From Cyanidioschyzon merolae (lineage: Eukaryota): a DNA stretch of 64,000 bases. The position numbers were made by a program, and so were the translations under genes. Location: the NCBI GenBank assembly GCA_000091205.1, contig AP006502.2. The stretch is one strand, 5' to 3'. Below the pieces are notes generated by a model. The model was given only the letters and a program-made list of their open reading frames with translations, did no database searches and was not told where the DNA came from. Positions 52,512-64,000 of this stretch are shown here, one piece after another (positions within the stretch are counted from its first letter, which is position 1; every line of letters begins with the position of its first letter).

Positions 52512-54025
52512 ACTCAGAAACGTCCAATGGTGGAACTCCGTTGTCATCTACCGATTGCCGACGAAAACCCTTCCCAGTGTATAAATACGGTGCTCCCTCG
52601 TTTCTGGATTGCTGAAACCGACCTCACCAATGACTTCATCCAGGAAATCATCCAATATCCTGGCTCATGGCCACAGATGTTTCTCGACGAACGTCGATAG
52701 CGTTGCAGCACAACGCCAGTACCGCGTACGAAACGATTTGCCTGAAAGTTCGGTCGGCAGAAAGTCGCAGGACGCTCCGCAAGCACCAGATATTACCGAA
52801 TGCCGATCGAGTCGCTCAAGTCCTAGTACACCGTGTGCTTGTGTACATTGCGGGGTGTGGCGTATCACAGCAAAGCAGGCGCTCAGCTTGGATTGCCTCG
52901 CCATCTGGTGTTCGGTCTGCTTGCCATACGCCATGCTGCGCATCCGGCACGGAGTTGCGCTGCTCTTGTTCTCTACCAGTTTCAGCAAGCACCCGTGCTC
53001 GTGATGTGTGGATGTCGTCCTGAGCGCATCGATGGGAGTGTTCCAGGGTCCATTCTCGCACACGTTGGACGCCCTCGTTGAAGGGGCAGGAATGCAGGTG
53101 CTGTTCGCTACCGGACGTGTATCGCGCTGGACTCGCGCCAAACGACCCGACTTGTCAGCCGTTTCCATTGCCGCCCTGTAAACGAGGAACCTCCGGTGAG
53201 ACGCGTAAATGCACTTCGTAAAGTCGCTCGAGTGCTTCGCGCTTGCTCACAAACACCAGCTGCAGCTCGCCAAGGAGCCCGCGCACCACACTACACATGT
53301 GTCTCCGTGCATCTCGTGGATCTACGTGTAACGTACGCGCACGATACCCAGTAGACGCGGGACGAGCAAGAACGGTCGGCTTCGGCGGCGGACGCTGCGT
53401 CGCTCTGGAGGGATCAGCTCAGGGTCGCTCTCGCAGGTGTCTTGCCTGCGAGCGGCGGAGTCCCTCTTTAGTGAGTACCCGTGTATCGGCGTATCAGTTC
53501 TCTCCCGAGTGAGGTCTTGTCGAGTGCGAGAAACATCCGTTCGTGGTGTAGCACAGGCTGGCCATTCCGGCACGGAATCCTCAGCATATGGATCAATGCG
53601 GGACGGTCTCGAGTAGAGGCATGCGTTTCTCGTTGTCCAACCGCGTCTCTTCATCAGCGTTTGCATCAGCCATGCGAAAGCTGTGCTTTCTTTGGTCTCT
53701 TCTATGGTATTTCTCGGAAACGTGTGTTATGAAATGAATCGACGAGGAGGTAGTCGTTCAGCTAGAAATTCAAAAATTCTGTTTTCGGTGCTCGACATTC
53801 AACATAAGGCGTAGGCGGTGTGATGCCCATGGACCGTCTGCGTGCAGGACACTTGACTTGCAGAGGTAAACCCATTTTCGGAAGCGAAAGCGGCAGAATC
53901 AAGTCTTTCCGCGAACATTCTCTAGTCGGCAGCACATATTTCTTTTATTGCATACTTGCGAGAAAAACTAGCGAATAGGCGGGTTGGTACAAGTGCTCCA
54001 GAATTCACTGCTCCATGTGTAACCA
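52512..54025 (+). repeat. 1.5-kb direct repeat, copy A (~99.6% identical to copy B)
   Basis: Identity begins at actcag(a/t)aacgtccaatggtggaactccg and ends at ...ccatgtgtaacca; only a handful of single-base differences seen by eye (cct/ctt, gta/ata, gac/ggc, gga/gaa). Confidence 0.9.
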
Positions 54026-55394
54026 ATTCTTTTCTGATGACAAAACGTTTACATCGACCATGGATCCGAGGATTCGGAAAGTATAATGGCTTTCGGGAAA
54101 GCGTCCATCATGAAGCATCTAGCTTCAAGTTCTATCACCCATACATGCTCTCTGATATACTGGTCGTTTCGTATGTTCTATAGTGCGCCGACTAGCTGTT
54201 TTGAGCACCCGCCGTAGCGCTTATATACCGCTGAAGCAGGTGCTGCACGGAGACAGAACGGCTTTGGCATACCGCTGAGGGCGTCGGCTCGAGGCGTGGT
54301 TCATCGGACACGGAGTCGGAGTACTTAATCATTCTAGGAGCCTGGAAGCTGCGCGGAGAGACGCACTGCCTGCGGCGGCACGGTGCGATATACTGGGCGT
54401 CCACTGCGACCAGGGCGACGCCCAGACGCAGCATACACGCTCCTAGTCCCAGATTGAATTGCATTGCGGACGAGTAGCTCAGGTTTCTTTAAAGAACCCG
54501 CCACTGAAGGAAGCATGAAGCACTAGCTAGCCCCGAAGACTCGTCCGGCTCGCGGGACCTTCCGCCTAGAAGGTAAACTTTCCAAGATACTGAAACTTTT
54601 CCCCATTTCAACGCTTACAATTAAGATCAAACGAAACTGTTATCGAGTTGCTAGTCAGTGCATAGTTTCTGTTTTTTTTTCGCATCGACGTCGATGCTCG
54701 GTGGATCAGGGCCTAGTTCCATTCAGCGGCAGCGACGGCGTGCCAGAATCCTGATGGAAGTGCTTTAAGAGGCTGCTTGTTTGAAGGTTAGCCTATTTGC
54801 GCTCGGGTCGCTGCTCTTTCTATATTGTCCGGGAAGAGTTCTTCGACAAGCATTGACCTTAGACGGCGAGAAGCAGCGCTTAGAGTCACAGCAAAGCTGC
54901 TTTCTGCGAAAACTGCGCGCAGGACAAGCGGTGACGCTTCCTTCGAGAGCGGCGCTCTTGGTTTTGGTGCGACAGGAACGGCTCGCAGTTCGGTAGACTT
55001 GGGTTTGGGTGGAGCTCGGAGATTTAAGGTGGTGCGCGAGATTGATAAGCGTAAACGAGTGGCGCGTTCCGCAACGTGCGATTCTTCGTGGCACCGAGGA
55101 GAACGCACGCATCCTCTAGCTTGAGCGTCACGCATTTTGTTTTGCTTACGTTGAGGCCTTCATAGATTGGTGGCGTCTTTGACAAGATCCGGGAATTTTT
55201 CGTTGCCCAGGGGCGAGATTTTTGAGACCAGGGGGTATCCCAGCCAAGTTACCGGAACTGCACCGCACTCGTGGCCGGTGTTCAACGAACGGCGATTTTG
55301 AGAGTCTTCTGAGCACGTATCCAGCGGATATAGTAGCGTTCACGAGACACGTACGTGCTTACCCGTGAACCCCTGTCGCCTCTCGAAGGGCATC

Positions 55395-57080
55395 ATGGAG
55401 CATTCCGGCAGCCGGGCCCCGTTGGATCCTGAAGGCGCGGGTGCTCGAACACAGGACTCTTTTCGCGTCTTCTACAGCCAAGATGATGTGAATGGAGGCA
55501 AGCTGTACATAGGCGAAAAGCTCAAGTCCAAAGTTGTGCGTAAGCTTCACTCCCTGTCCATTGAGGAAGGAAACGCGCGAATAGCGGAGTCTTCAGACAG
55601 TGCATTGGAGGAAGGCACGTCCGATGCCTCTCGCGAGGGCTCTTTTGCGCCCTCTCCACGTGCGTCTTCTGCAAGAGCAGCTGAGACTGTAGAGTGCCCT
55701 AAGGTACTATCAGGAGAGAGCGCTCGGGATGTCGCCGCCCACAAGGACGAGCCAATGGTGTCGATAGCGGGGCCTCGTGACCACGCCTCTGCGGAAGCGA
55801 AATCGATCGATAACAGGACTTGGGGCGCAGCGCGGAGCTCAAAAGATCTCTCGTTAGATGATCCGATCAGACCCGTTGTATCTGCACATCCAGTGGAAGC
55901 GCATTCGGATCGACATACGTTTGCGTTCGAGAACTTGAGCAGTCGCCCGCACATCAGAGAGTCTCGTCCAAAGTTCATCTCGAAGTACGTACTTGGGGCT
56001 CGCCTTGGCGAGGGCGCCTACGCCAAAGTCAAGGAGGCCATGGATACGACCACGCTTAGAATCGTTGCTTGCAAAATTGTTGACAAACGCTTCCTACGCA
56101 AAGTGCGCGGTGGCCTCGAAAACGTCCGACGTGAGATCGCCATTATGCGGTCGCTGGATCATCCAAACATTGTGCGCTTGCTAGATGTTATTGATGGTGA
56201 GGATTCGATGAAACTCTACATATTCATGGAGCTCAGCAACGGATGCACTGTTCAGGAGCTCATGGAGCGTGCACCTCAAAAGCGGCTACCACCTGGACAA
56301 GCCCAGTCTTTTTTCGCGCAACTGATCGAAGGACTTGCATATATTCATTCTCGGAATATCGTGCACCGAGACATCAAACCCTCGAATCTTATGCTTGCCA
56401 CGGATGGTGTTCTGAAAATCGCGGACTTTGGTGTAGCCGAATTTCTCGACAAATTCGATGCCGAGGGGCGTATCACGAGGACCGTTGGCTCGCCTGCATT
56501 CCAGGCACCAGAGATTGCGCGGGGTAATGGCATGTTTCTGGGGCGAAAAGTCGACGCCTGGGCTGCCGGCGTCACGCTCTACATGATGCTTACTGGCGAG
56601 GCGCCTTTCAAAGGATCCAATCAGTTTGAACTCTTCCGCAATATAGGCCGGGGCGAGTTTCATATGCCATCTGATTTGATCGACGAGGAATGTCAGGATC
56701 TCTTGCGGAGACTCATGGAAGTGAATCCCGAAGTCCGGAGCACCGTCGACGACCTTCGTGATCACAACTGGTTGCGAAAACGCTACGACGATGAGCATGC
56801 ATGGATTCCGATTCCGCGACGTCATCCCAAAATCCTCGACATGGTCTCTCGCCTGTACGAAGACGATCCCGAGATGTCGACTCAGAGCACGAGTCCCATC
56901 GAGTCAGACGCCGAGAAGAGCAGCGTGCAACGAGCGCAAAGACCCACATCCATCGTCACCACCCAACTTGGTGATCGTCGGAGCATTACGAATGAGGGAG
57001 CAGCAGAACCTACTCTGGAACAGGGCGAATCCGGATCTCCTGGAGAGAGCTCATGGCGCAAACGATGTACTTTAATGTAG
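55395..57080 (+). CDS. Ser/Thr protein kinase, LKB1/STK11-like catalytic domain with long low-complexity N-terminal region
   Basis: YVLGARLGEGAYAKVKE...HRDIKPSNLML...KIADFGVAEFL...GSPAFQAPEIARG...KVDAWAAGVTLYMMLTGEAPFKGSNQFELFRNIGRGEF...DLLRRLMEVNPEVRSTVDDLRDHNWLRK parallels LKB1 subdomains VI-XI; listed start 55365 is GTG, first ATG 55395. Confidence 0.8.
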   Translation: MEHSGSRAPLDPEGAGARTQDSFRVFYSQDDVNGGKLYIGEKLKSKVVRKLHSLSIEEGNARIAESSDSALEEGTSDASREGSFAPSPRASSARAAETVECPKVLSGESARDVAAHKDEPMVSIAGPRDHASAEAKSIDNRTWGAARSSKDLSLDDPIRPVVSAHPVEAHSDRHTFAFENLSSRPHIRESRPKFISKYVLGARLGEGAYAKVKEAMDTTTLRIVACKIVDKRFLRKVRGGLENVRREIAIMRSLDHPNIVRLLDVIDGEDSMKLYIFMELSNGCTVQELMERAPQKRLPPGQAQSFFAQLIEGLAYIHSRNIVHRDIKPSNLMLATDGVLKIADFGVAEFLDKFDAEGRITRTVGSPAFQAPEIARGNGMFLGRKVDAWAAGVTLYMMLTGEAPFKGSNQFELFRNIGRGEFHMPSDLIDEECQDLLRRLMEVNPEVRSTVDDLRDHNWLRKRYDDEHAWIPIPRRHPKILDMVSRLYEDDPEMSTQSTSPIESDAEKSSVQRAQRPTSIVTTQLGDRRSITNEGAAEPTLEQGESGSPGESSWRKRCTLM

Positions 57081-57157
57081 GATGGGCGCGGTGTTCAGGA
57101 CGGGAAACGAATACTGCGCCAAAAGCGCCATGCTGCAAACCGACGGGGGTCGGTGTA

Positions 57158-58670
57158 CTCAGTAACGTCCAATGGTGGAACTCCGTTGTCATCTACCGAT
57201 TGCCGACGAAAACCCTTCCCAGTGTATAAATACGGTGCTCCCTCGTTTCTGGATTGCTGAAACCGACCTCACCAATGACTTCATCCAGGAAATCATCCAA
57301 TATCCTGGCTCATGGCCACAGATGTTTCTCGACGAACGTCGATAGCGTTGCAGCACAACGCCAGTACCGCGTACGAAACGATTTGCCTGAAAGTTCGGTC
57401 GGCAGAAAGTCGCAGGACGCTCCGCAAGCACCAGATATTACCGAATGCCGATCGAGTCGCTCAAGTCTTAGTACACCGTGTGCTTGTGTACATTGCGGGG
57501 TGTGGCGTATCACAGCAAAGCAGGCGCTCAGCTTGGATTGCCTCGCCATCTGGTGTTCGGTCTGCTTGCCATACGCCATGCTGCGCATCCGGCACGGAGT
57601 TGCGCTGCTCTTGTTCTCTACCAGTTTCAGCAAGCACCCGTGCTCGTGATGTGTGGATGTCGTCCTGAGCGCATCGATGGGAGTGTTCCAGGGTCCATTC
57701 TCGCACACGTTGGACGCCCTCGTTGAAGGGGCAGGAATGCAGGTGCTGTTCGCTACCGGACGTGTATCGCGCTGGACTCGCGCCAAACGACCCGACTTGT
57801 CAGCCGTTTCCATTGCCGCCCTGTAAACGAGGAACCTCCGGTGAGACGCGTAAATGCACTTCGTAAAGTCGCTCGAGTGCTTCGCGCTTGCTCACAAACA
57901 CCAGCTGCAGCTCGCCAAGGAGCCCGCGCACCACACTACACATGTGTCTCCGTGCATCTCGTGGATCTACGTGTAACATACGCGCACGATACCCAGTAGA
58001 CGCGGGACGAGCAAGAACGGTCGGCTTCGGCGGCGGGCGCTGCGTCGCTCTGGAGGGATCAGCTCAGGGTCGCTCTCGCAGGTGTCTTGCCTGCGAGCGG
58101 CGGAGTCCCTCTTTAGTGAGTACCCGTGTATCGGCGTATCAGTTCTCTCCCGAGTGAGGTCTTGTCGAGTGCGAGAAACATCCGTTCGTGGTGTAGCACA
58201 GGCTGGCCATTCCGGCACGGAATCCTCAGCATATGGATCAATGCGGGACGGTCTCGAGTAGAGGCATGCGTTTCTCGTTGTCCAACCGCGTCTCTTCATC
58301 AGCGTTTGCATCAGCCATGCGAAAGCTGTGCTTTCTTTGGTCTCTTCTATGGTATTTCTCGGAAACGTGTGTTATGAAATGAATCGACGAGGAGGTAGTC
58401 GTTCAGCTAGAAATTCAAAAATTCTGTTTTCGGTGCTCGACATTCAACATAAGGCGTAGGCGGTGTGATGCCCATGGACCGTCTGCGTGCAGGACACTTG
58501 ACTTGCAGAGGTAAACCCATTTTCGAAAGCGAAAGCGGCAGAATCAAGTCTTTCCGCGAACATTCTCTAGTCGGCAGCACATATTTCTTTTATTGCATAC
58601 TTGCGAGAAAAACTAGCGAATAGGCGGGTTGGTACAAGTGCTCCAGAATTCACTGCTCCATGTGTAACCA
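57158..58670 (+). repeat. 1.5-kb direct repeat, copy B
   Basis: See copy A; starts 78 bp after the LKB1-like kinase stop. Confidence 0.9.
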
Positions 58671-59619
58671 TTGCACTCAGTGCACTAGCTCAGCGACGGT
58701 GCCAGTGCAGCGAGTCGGCTCGGGACGCGACGCTGAACGGTAGACACTTGAGCAGCAGCGGCTGGTGGTGGTAAGCGCCTGTTCAAACCTTTTACGTGGT
58801 CCCTGCTCAATGAGAAGTGCTAGGCAGGCTCAATTGTCATCTTGAAGGACGCAGCAGCGGTGAAAGACACCGCATTTGATTTTGAGGATTGATGCTTTGT
58901 CACGGCGGCACATGGAACGTGCCCACAATCCTGGTGCTTTCAACGACCGCTGACGTGTGATGCAGCGAAGTTGCAAGGTCTGTGGAAAGCAGCCAGGGCG
59001 ACGTGCCCAGCGCTGTAGCGTGTACCGGGCGTGATGACGGCTTCTGCTGGGTCATTGCTTCTAATAGACCTCCATTCCTCGGGTAAGCGCGACATCGTAA
59101 CCTCCAGCACCTGGAAACGTCCGCGGAATCTGTTTTACTCCATGGTGCAGCTTCAGGGAAACTACCCTGGAACTCCGACAAGTCGTTTGTTTTCGGCAAC
59201 TGGAAGAGTAGCCACTACTCCACTCTTAACCCGTGGCGTTGCCCGAACCTCGTGCCAGACTCGTCTCTGGGGTTCCCGGTTCGTTCCCACGAGCAGCCGC
59301 GTGCCGACTCCACTGAGGGCGCCAGCTAAGACACCTACAGGGCCACGACAGGTATCGTACGGAGACAGAACGACTCTACCGTCTACTTTTGGGCGTCTTC
59401 GCGGGGTGCGCAAGCGGAGGTACCCTTTGCAACGATGCAGCGGGCTGTATCCTTACACTCGCGAGAGTCCGAGTCACAGGCCCGCCGAACGTTCCCGGTG
59501 GCTTAAACTCGCTCTTCTGACTCGGCTGCGTTCAAGTGAGACAAATCCTATCAAGGCGCATACAGCAGGAATGCATGGCTTTAGGATGAAGCGCGTGGCT
59601 ACTTTTTGGAAATCGCTAG

Positions 59620-61050
59620 CTAAACTTCAGGCTCTGACTTGGTGCTCAGAACACGGGTCTCCTCATCCTGTGCAGCGGTTGCTGGTCGATCTGCGGTGGA
59701 AAGCGCCGCGGAGCTGCTGCCCCGCTCCAACTTTCTGGATGCAAAATTCTTGAAGGGGTTCGCTGGCGAGTTCTCATCAAATGGTTCCACGTCATCCTGG
59801 AGATCTTTGTCTTTCAGAGGCGGATATTGGGAAAAGTCAAGCGGGTCTCGCAGCTTCGGTATGATCGGTGGCGTCTCATTGCGAATAAGATTGAAATCGA
59901 TTTTCCGAAACCACGGATGGCGCTTAATGTCGCTGGCCCCGTTCTCATGTCCGAGTCTTTTGGATGCATCTCGCTTCAGCAGACGTTTGATGAGATTTTT
60001 GCACTCCGGTGAAAGGTGTAGAGATTCATCGAAGCGAATGTTTCCGTGTACAATATTATTGAAAGTTTCATCCTGGTAGGAGCCTTTGAATGGTGTCGTT
60101 CCCGTCAACATCTCGTAGAGAAGAATACCAAACGTCCACCAGTCGACATCGCTCGTATGCCCAACGCCCTGAATAACTTCCGGCGCAATGTACTCCTCGG
60201 TGCCCACGAAGGAATTTGTTGCGTACGGGAGGACAGGCTCAGAATCGACGATCTCAAGATCCTTGAGGTTGCTCCGAGACCCGCGGTTTCCCGAGATCGC
60301 GCCTTTCATGCGATCCAAGAACGAAATCTGATGTTTGATGACACGAGGTGAAACAGGATGCGCCTGCTTGCTCAGATCAAAGTCCGTGAGGGCGATATGT
60401 CCATCAGCGCGCATGAGGATGTTTTCCGGTTTCAGATCTCGGTATATGAAGCCCATGTGATGTAAGTATTCCAGCGCGAGCAGGACCTCAGCCGCGTAGA
60501 AGCGCACGGCATCCTCAGGCAAGCGTTTGTTCGGTTGTCGTTGTAGCACTCGAAAGAATTCTCCCCCTGCGCAGTATTCCATGATGAAATACAGTCGATC
60601 CTTTGTTTGGAAAGATGCATACATCGTAACGATGAATGGATGGTGGGCTGTCGCGAGAATCTCGCGTTCAGTCAAAACGCGCTTCACTTTGTTACGCGCG
60701 ATCATCTCCTCTTTCGTCAGAACCTTCATCGCGTAGAGCTTGGTGGTGCCTTTCAACAGGACAAGATATACTCGGCCAACATCACCCTTCCCAAGTAACT
60801 TCAATTTCTGAAACAAGTGCGGGCCTATCGGTCCGCTAACCGGAAATTCTGGGGTCGGCTGCGCCGCTGACGCAGCCAGCACGTTCTGGTTCTTCCCCGT
60901 TGAGACAACAGCCCCATTCTCTTCAACACTATGCGATGGAGGTGCAGCTGGTGACGGCGAACGTTTTGTTTGAGCGTCAACCTCGGTCAGCGACAAATTC
61001 CGCGCCTCAGTCGTCAAACTCGAAACGTTTTCACCTAGGCCCCCGGGCAT
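59620..61050 (-). CDS. AGC-family Ser/Thr kinase with DFD (not DFG) motif and a ~60-aa activation-segment insert (AGCVIII/NDR-like)
   Basis: FQKLKLLGKGDVGRVYLV...YRDLKPENILM...IALTDFDLSKQ...[insert]...SFVGTEEYIAPEVI...HPWFRKIDFNLIR; listed start 61128 is GTG, first ATG 61050 (MPGGLGENV). Confidence 0.8.
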   Translation of the reverse strand: MPGGLGENVSSLTTEARNLSLTEVDAQTKRSPSPAAPPSHSVEENGAVVSTGKNQNVLAASAAQPTPEFPVSGPIGPHLFQKLKLLGKGDVGRVYLVLLKGTTKLYAMKVLTKEEMIARNKVKRVLTEREILATAHHPFIVTMYASFQTKDRLYFIMEYCAGGEFFRVLQRQPNKRLPEDAVRFYAAEVLLALEYLHHMGFIYRDLKPENILMRADGHIALTDFDLSKQAHPVSPRVIKHQISFLDRMKGAISGNRGSRSNLKDLEIVDSEPVLPYATNSFVGTEEYIAPEVIQGVGHTSDVDWWTFGILLYEMLTGTTPFKGSYQDETFNNIVHGNIRFDESLHLSPECKNLIKRLLKRDASKRLGHENGASDIKRHPWFRKIDFNLIRNETPPIIPKLRDPLDFSQYPPLKDKDLQDDVEPFDENSPANPFKNFASRKLERGSSSAALSTADRPATAAQDEETRVLSTKSEPEV

Positions 61051-64000
61051 TTGTTCTGATAGCTTGAGTGTTCTCGAACGAACGCGTCGCACAACGACCA
61101 GAGCGTAGACTGGAACGGAGCTGCTCACGCAGACACACCCTTCTCCGGGTTTGCGCTGTGCGTAAGTCTCCTATCGACAAGGTAAGCGCGTTTGAAAAAC
61201 CCGCTGTACGCCCTTCTGAAGTCAACTTTTCGAATGAAGACCCAAGGGGCTTGTAAAAAAACTGGCAGTACGGCTCGTGGTGCGATTGCTGTGCTGCCCC
61301 AAAGCTCTGGCAAGCAGCTCTGCCGCGAGTGCTCGCTGCCTACAGTCTGCCTTTTAAGTGACACCACACTCGACGACTGCTGATGCCAGTCTGCTTCCTC
61401 TGAAGACCTTCAAAGGCTTACCACAAGTGTTATCGTCTAAACGCTCCCAGTGTGTGGACGCTGAGGTGCCTCAGAGTATGCGGCGAAAACTCGCCCACAA
61501 CACGTCAAACATTCGAAGCGCATACCGCGGGATACTCGATGGTGCGTTCATGAGGCCGATTCGCTGCGCAGCGCGCGGCTGCCGCGGGCCTCAGACGCCA
61601 ACGATCTCAAATTGCGACGGTGATGGCGTGCGCGTCTGCCCGAGGTGCGCGCAACAGTCGCTGGCAATGATGCGGAGTTCTTCGGGATTGGGCTGGTGCG
61701 GAGGCCGCAGCTGGAGGCGGCCAGCGTAAGGATCAGATCCTCTGCACAACGGACTATGAAACGTATTGGGGCCGCGCCCCAGGTCAGATACCTCTGTGAT
61801 AGACATCGAGGTAACGCGCTCCACTGCATGAGTATTGGAACAGAGATTCCACGCATGAACCAGGGTAGCATCTGTACGTAGGGGGCATAGCTGAATCGAA
61901 CAAGCTCATGATCTTCGATGGAGCACTACTCCAGAACGGATAGAGCCTGCAACAGCCAGCAGTGAAACAGAGACCTTCTACCTGGTTCCTGGAGGCTTCC
62001 GCTGCTCGAAACAATCCTGACTTGATATAGGGTCCTGGAATGTGAAAATTTCCTGCTTCAGCGATAGCAGGGATATGAGGCGGTTGCATGCGCCGCCCCT
62101 GACGTTGAGAATCTTGTAACACGGGGCGCGTCGCTTCCTGCGAATCATGGCAGTGGCTCCACGGATGAGGCTATCTCGGCCAGCTTGGCTGCGATCTCGT
62201 GCTGATTTCGCTGCAATTGTCTCGCGTTCCCGGCTCGAATGCTTCCTCAGGCAATGGCGGGGGTCTCTCACCGCCCCAAGGGCCGTCCATGGAATCCCAC
62301 TCGTGCGATCTGGTTGAAAACGTTCCATATATAAATACAATGGAGCTTTCGAATTTCTGGTACACACTGTTTGTCGGAAATAAGCTCGTGATGCGGGCTT
62401 CCTCTCGTTCGCATTGTCGTCCACGTGACCGAGTAAACATCTAAAGCGATCAACTCGAACTGAGTCTCATGGAGCGATCCACGGTGCGCTGCATTATGCG
62501 TCCTGCGACCAACGCAGACCGCAGTATCCGCGAGGCAGCAATTGCAGATCCTAGTGACCGTGGAGCGCCTCGGCCAGACGCAAACACTGCGTCTCTGACA
62601 TTAGCGTCGTGCCGGGTGTTCTGTCAAGCAAAATTGTCCAGTGAGTTTACTACCATAGCATTCGGGGTAACAGTCTAGACTTCGTGTTGAAGGACGTTCA
62701 ATTGCCACGGCCGACTGTGAGTACTCCAACGAACAGGCTATTCGTCGCGAGGATGAGGTGCCCAGCGATTGCTGTACGATCTGTTCGTTCTATTCGCTTG
62801 GCTCGAGCCAATAGACCTATTGCGGGCAAAAAGGGCTCAAACCCATCGAAGCCAGGATCCTTTATGGAAACTCTAAACGCTACCTATTAGAACGGTATCT
62901 CTGTATTCAGCAGGGAAGCTGAAAATGAACAGGCTCAAGCGGCTGCACGAGAGCTGCCGCTGATCAGCGCTCATACACCACCTGCTTGGCGACCGAGGCC
63001 ACTTGTTACAGCCTGTCCAGTATCCCTGTAAGGAACAGAGGCCCAGTCCGGTAGACCTGCGAATTCGTACGGATATCCGCCGGTTGCGACGCATCCCAAC
63101 GGACATCTGGTCGAAGATCCCACAGACAGGGATCCCCTGGCTCGTATAAACGATCCTAAACCCAAAACATTCATGTTCAAACCCGAATTCGATGCTTTCG
63201 CAAAAAAACGCTTTTCTCAGAAAAGAACATTATCGACAAGTACCTGCCAGATTGATTTGATGGACAGAGCAGTTGCACTCACCATAGACACCTGATTGCT
63301 TGATTGATATCGGCATCTTGGAGAGCGTTTATCATGTTTCATCCTACCTCCGGGTTTTACCAGCTACCACAGGTACCTCCCTTGCGAGACAGCGGCCATT
63401 TCGTACGATCCACTCAGCGCGAAGCCTGCTACGGGCGTCCACAGTGGCGCCCACAGCGCCGGCGCGGATGCAGGACGGAGTCAGAACGCCTTTACCACAC
63501 CACTGGAGAAATCAGCTCGAAATGTGATTCACTCGTCACAGGGTCGGGACGCGTGGATATTCTGGGATATAGTAGACCGCTCAGACAGACCTACTGCTGG
63601 CACTGGCGCGAAACGAATCTCCAGGAGACCGTATCGACCAGGGCGGGGCCGAGACGCAGGCCGCCCTCTCCGGCTACAGAAGAGACTCTATTGCGGAGAG
63701 GTTGCTCCGGATTTGCCACAGCTTTCGGTACTGGAGGCGCACGGTGCTCCATTCTGCATACTCCTCCAACTGGCAGGATCTTTGTCCTAGACAGTAACCC
63801 TCCGAATGTACATAAATCATTCCTCGGTTCATCTCTTGCCTGGGACGCGGGGAACATCGATGAACTACTTGCCAGCTAGCACACAGTTTCTTTTGCCATT
63901 TTCTTTCTAGCTGCTGTCCAGTGGTTAGGTTCTCTCCCTAAAACGAGCCCATAGCGGACGACGCGGCACCGAGTACAGCTGCATCGGACGCGTCTCGCTA

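Noticed and set aside
53915-53950. 14-nt match to the U6 snRNA 5' stem-loop (tcggcagcacatat), followed by ..attg; present in both 1.5-kb repeat copies (also at ~58560)
   Set aside because: The rest of U6 (ACAGAGA box, AGC triad, 3' stem) is absent from the following ~100 nt, so this is not a U6 gene. It is a chance match or a tiny fragment.
54661-54690. 14-bp perfect palindrome catcgacgtcgatg after a T9 run
   Set aside because: Short palindromes of this size are expected by chance in 64 kb. No flanking structure or repetition suggests function.
52512-58670. Interpretation of the 1.5-kb direct repeats as LTRs of an LTR retrotransposon
   Set aside because: TG...CA termini are present. I could not find a target-site duplication, a tRNA primer-binding site after the 5' copy or a clear polypurine tract before the 3' copy, and the internal region encodes a cellular-type kinase rather than gag/pol. 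Kept as an open possibility in findings, not called as a feature.
1-64000. Search for CRISPR arrays, rRNA genes, telomeric repeats and prokaryotic operon structure
   Set aside because: None found. The only tandem arrays are the 85-bp satellite, the 102-bp duplication, the GCCT microsatellite and the acidic in-ORF repeat, and none has a spacer-repeat CRISPR architecture.

Overview
This 64-kb window looks like nuclear DNA from an intron-poor, moderately GC-rich eukaryote, most consistent with an oomycete or other stramenopile. This call rests on long uninterrupted ORFs for conserved eukaryotic proteins, compact intergenic spacing, a (GCCT)n microsatellite, and no prokaryotic operon logic.

The first residue of many ORFs in the supplied track is a TTG or GTG codon, so I moved CDS starts to the first in-frame ATG wherever I checked.

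Housekeeping genes I can support:
- aldo-keto reductase (1487-2662, -)
- argininosuccinate synthase (4120-5418, +)
- photolyase-domain / alpha-beta-hydrolase fusion (7481-9481, -)
- ZPR1 zinc-finger protein (10152-11546, +)
- patatin-like phospholipase (19804-21606, -)
- cysteine synthase (23838-25007, -)
- phosphomannomutase (29338-30123, -)
- oligoribonuclease (31699-32265, +)
- glucose-6-phosphate 1-epimerase (33199-34503, -)
- PCI-domain protein (35313-36794, +)
- CCT theta (39639-41363, +)
- eIF1/SUI1 (44943-45284, +)
- CCT beta (47288-48901, -)
- LKB1-like kinase (55395-57080, +)
- AGC kinase with a DFD motif (59620-61050, -)

Several long ORFs remain unassigned hypotheticals.

Repeats are interleaved with these genes:
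1. A roughly 1.05-kb two-ORF 'R unit' occurs five times. Three copies are near-identical (R1 inverted at about 11.9-13.0 kb, R2 at 27.8-28.8 kb, R3 at 30.5-31.5 kb). Two are diverged and decayed (D1 at 38.2-39.3 kb, D2 at 43.3-44.3 kb). The unit carries a 224-aa ORF-A, plus a convergent antisense segment (ORF-B) conserved at the codon level.
2. A TnpB/Fanzor-like RuvC-nuclease element family: one near-full-length pseudogene (13246-15383, -) with two in-frame stops, and three 5'-truncated copies (about 22.2, 25.7-26.6 and 46.2-47.2 kb).
3. An 85-bp minisatellite with 255-bp higher-order periodicity in the divergent promoter between the AKR and ASS genes.
4. An exact 2 x 102-bp tandem duplication at 646-849.
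5. A 1.5-kb, roughly 99.6%-identical direct-repeat pair bracketing the LKB1-like kinase.

I found no rRNA, tRNA or CRISPR features.
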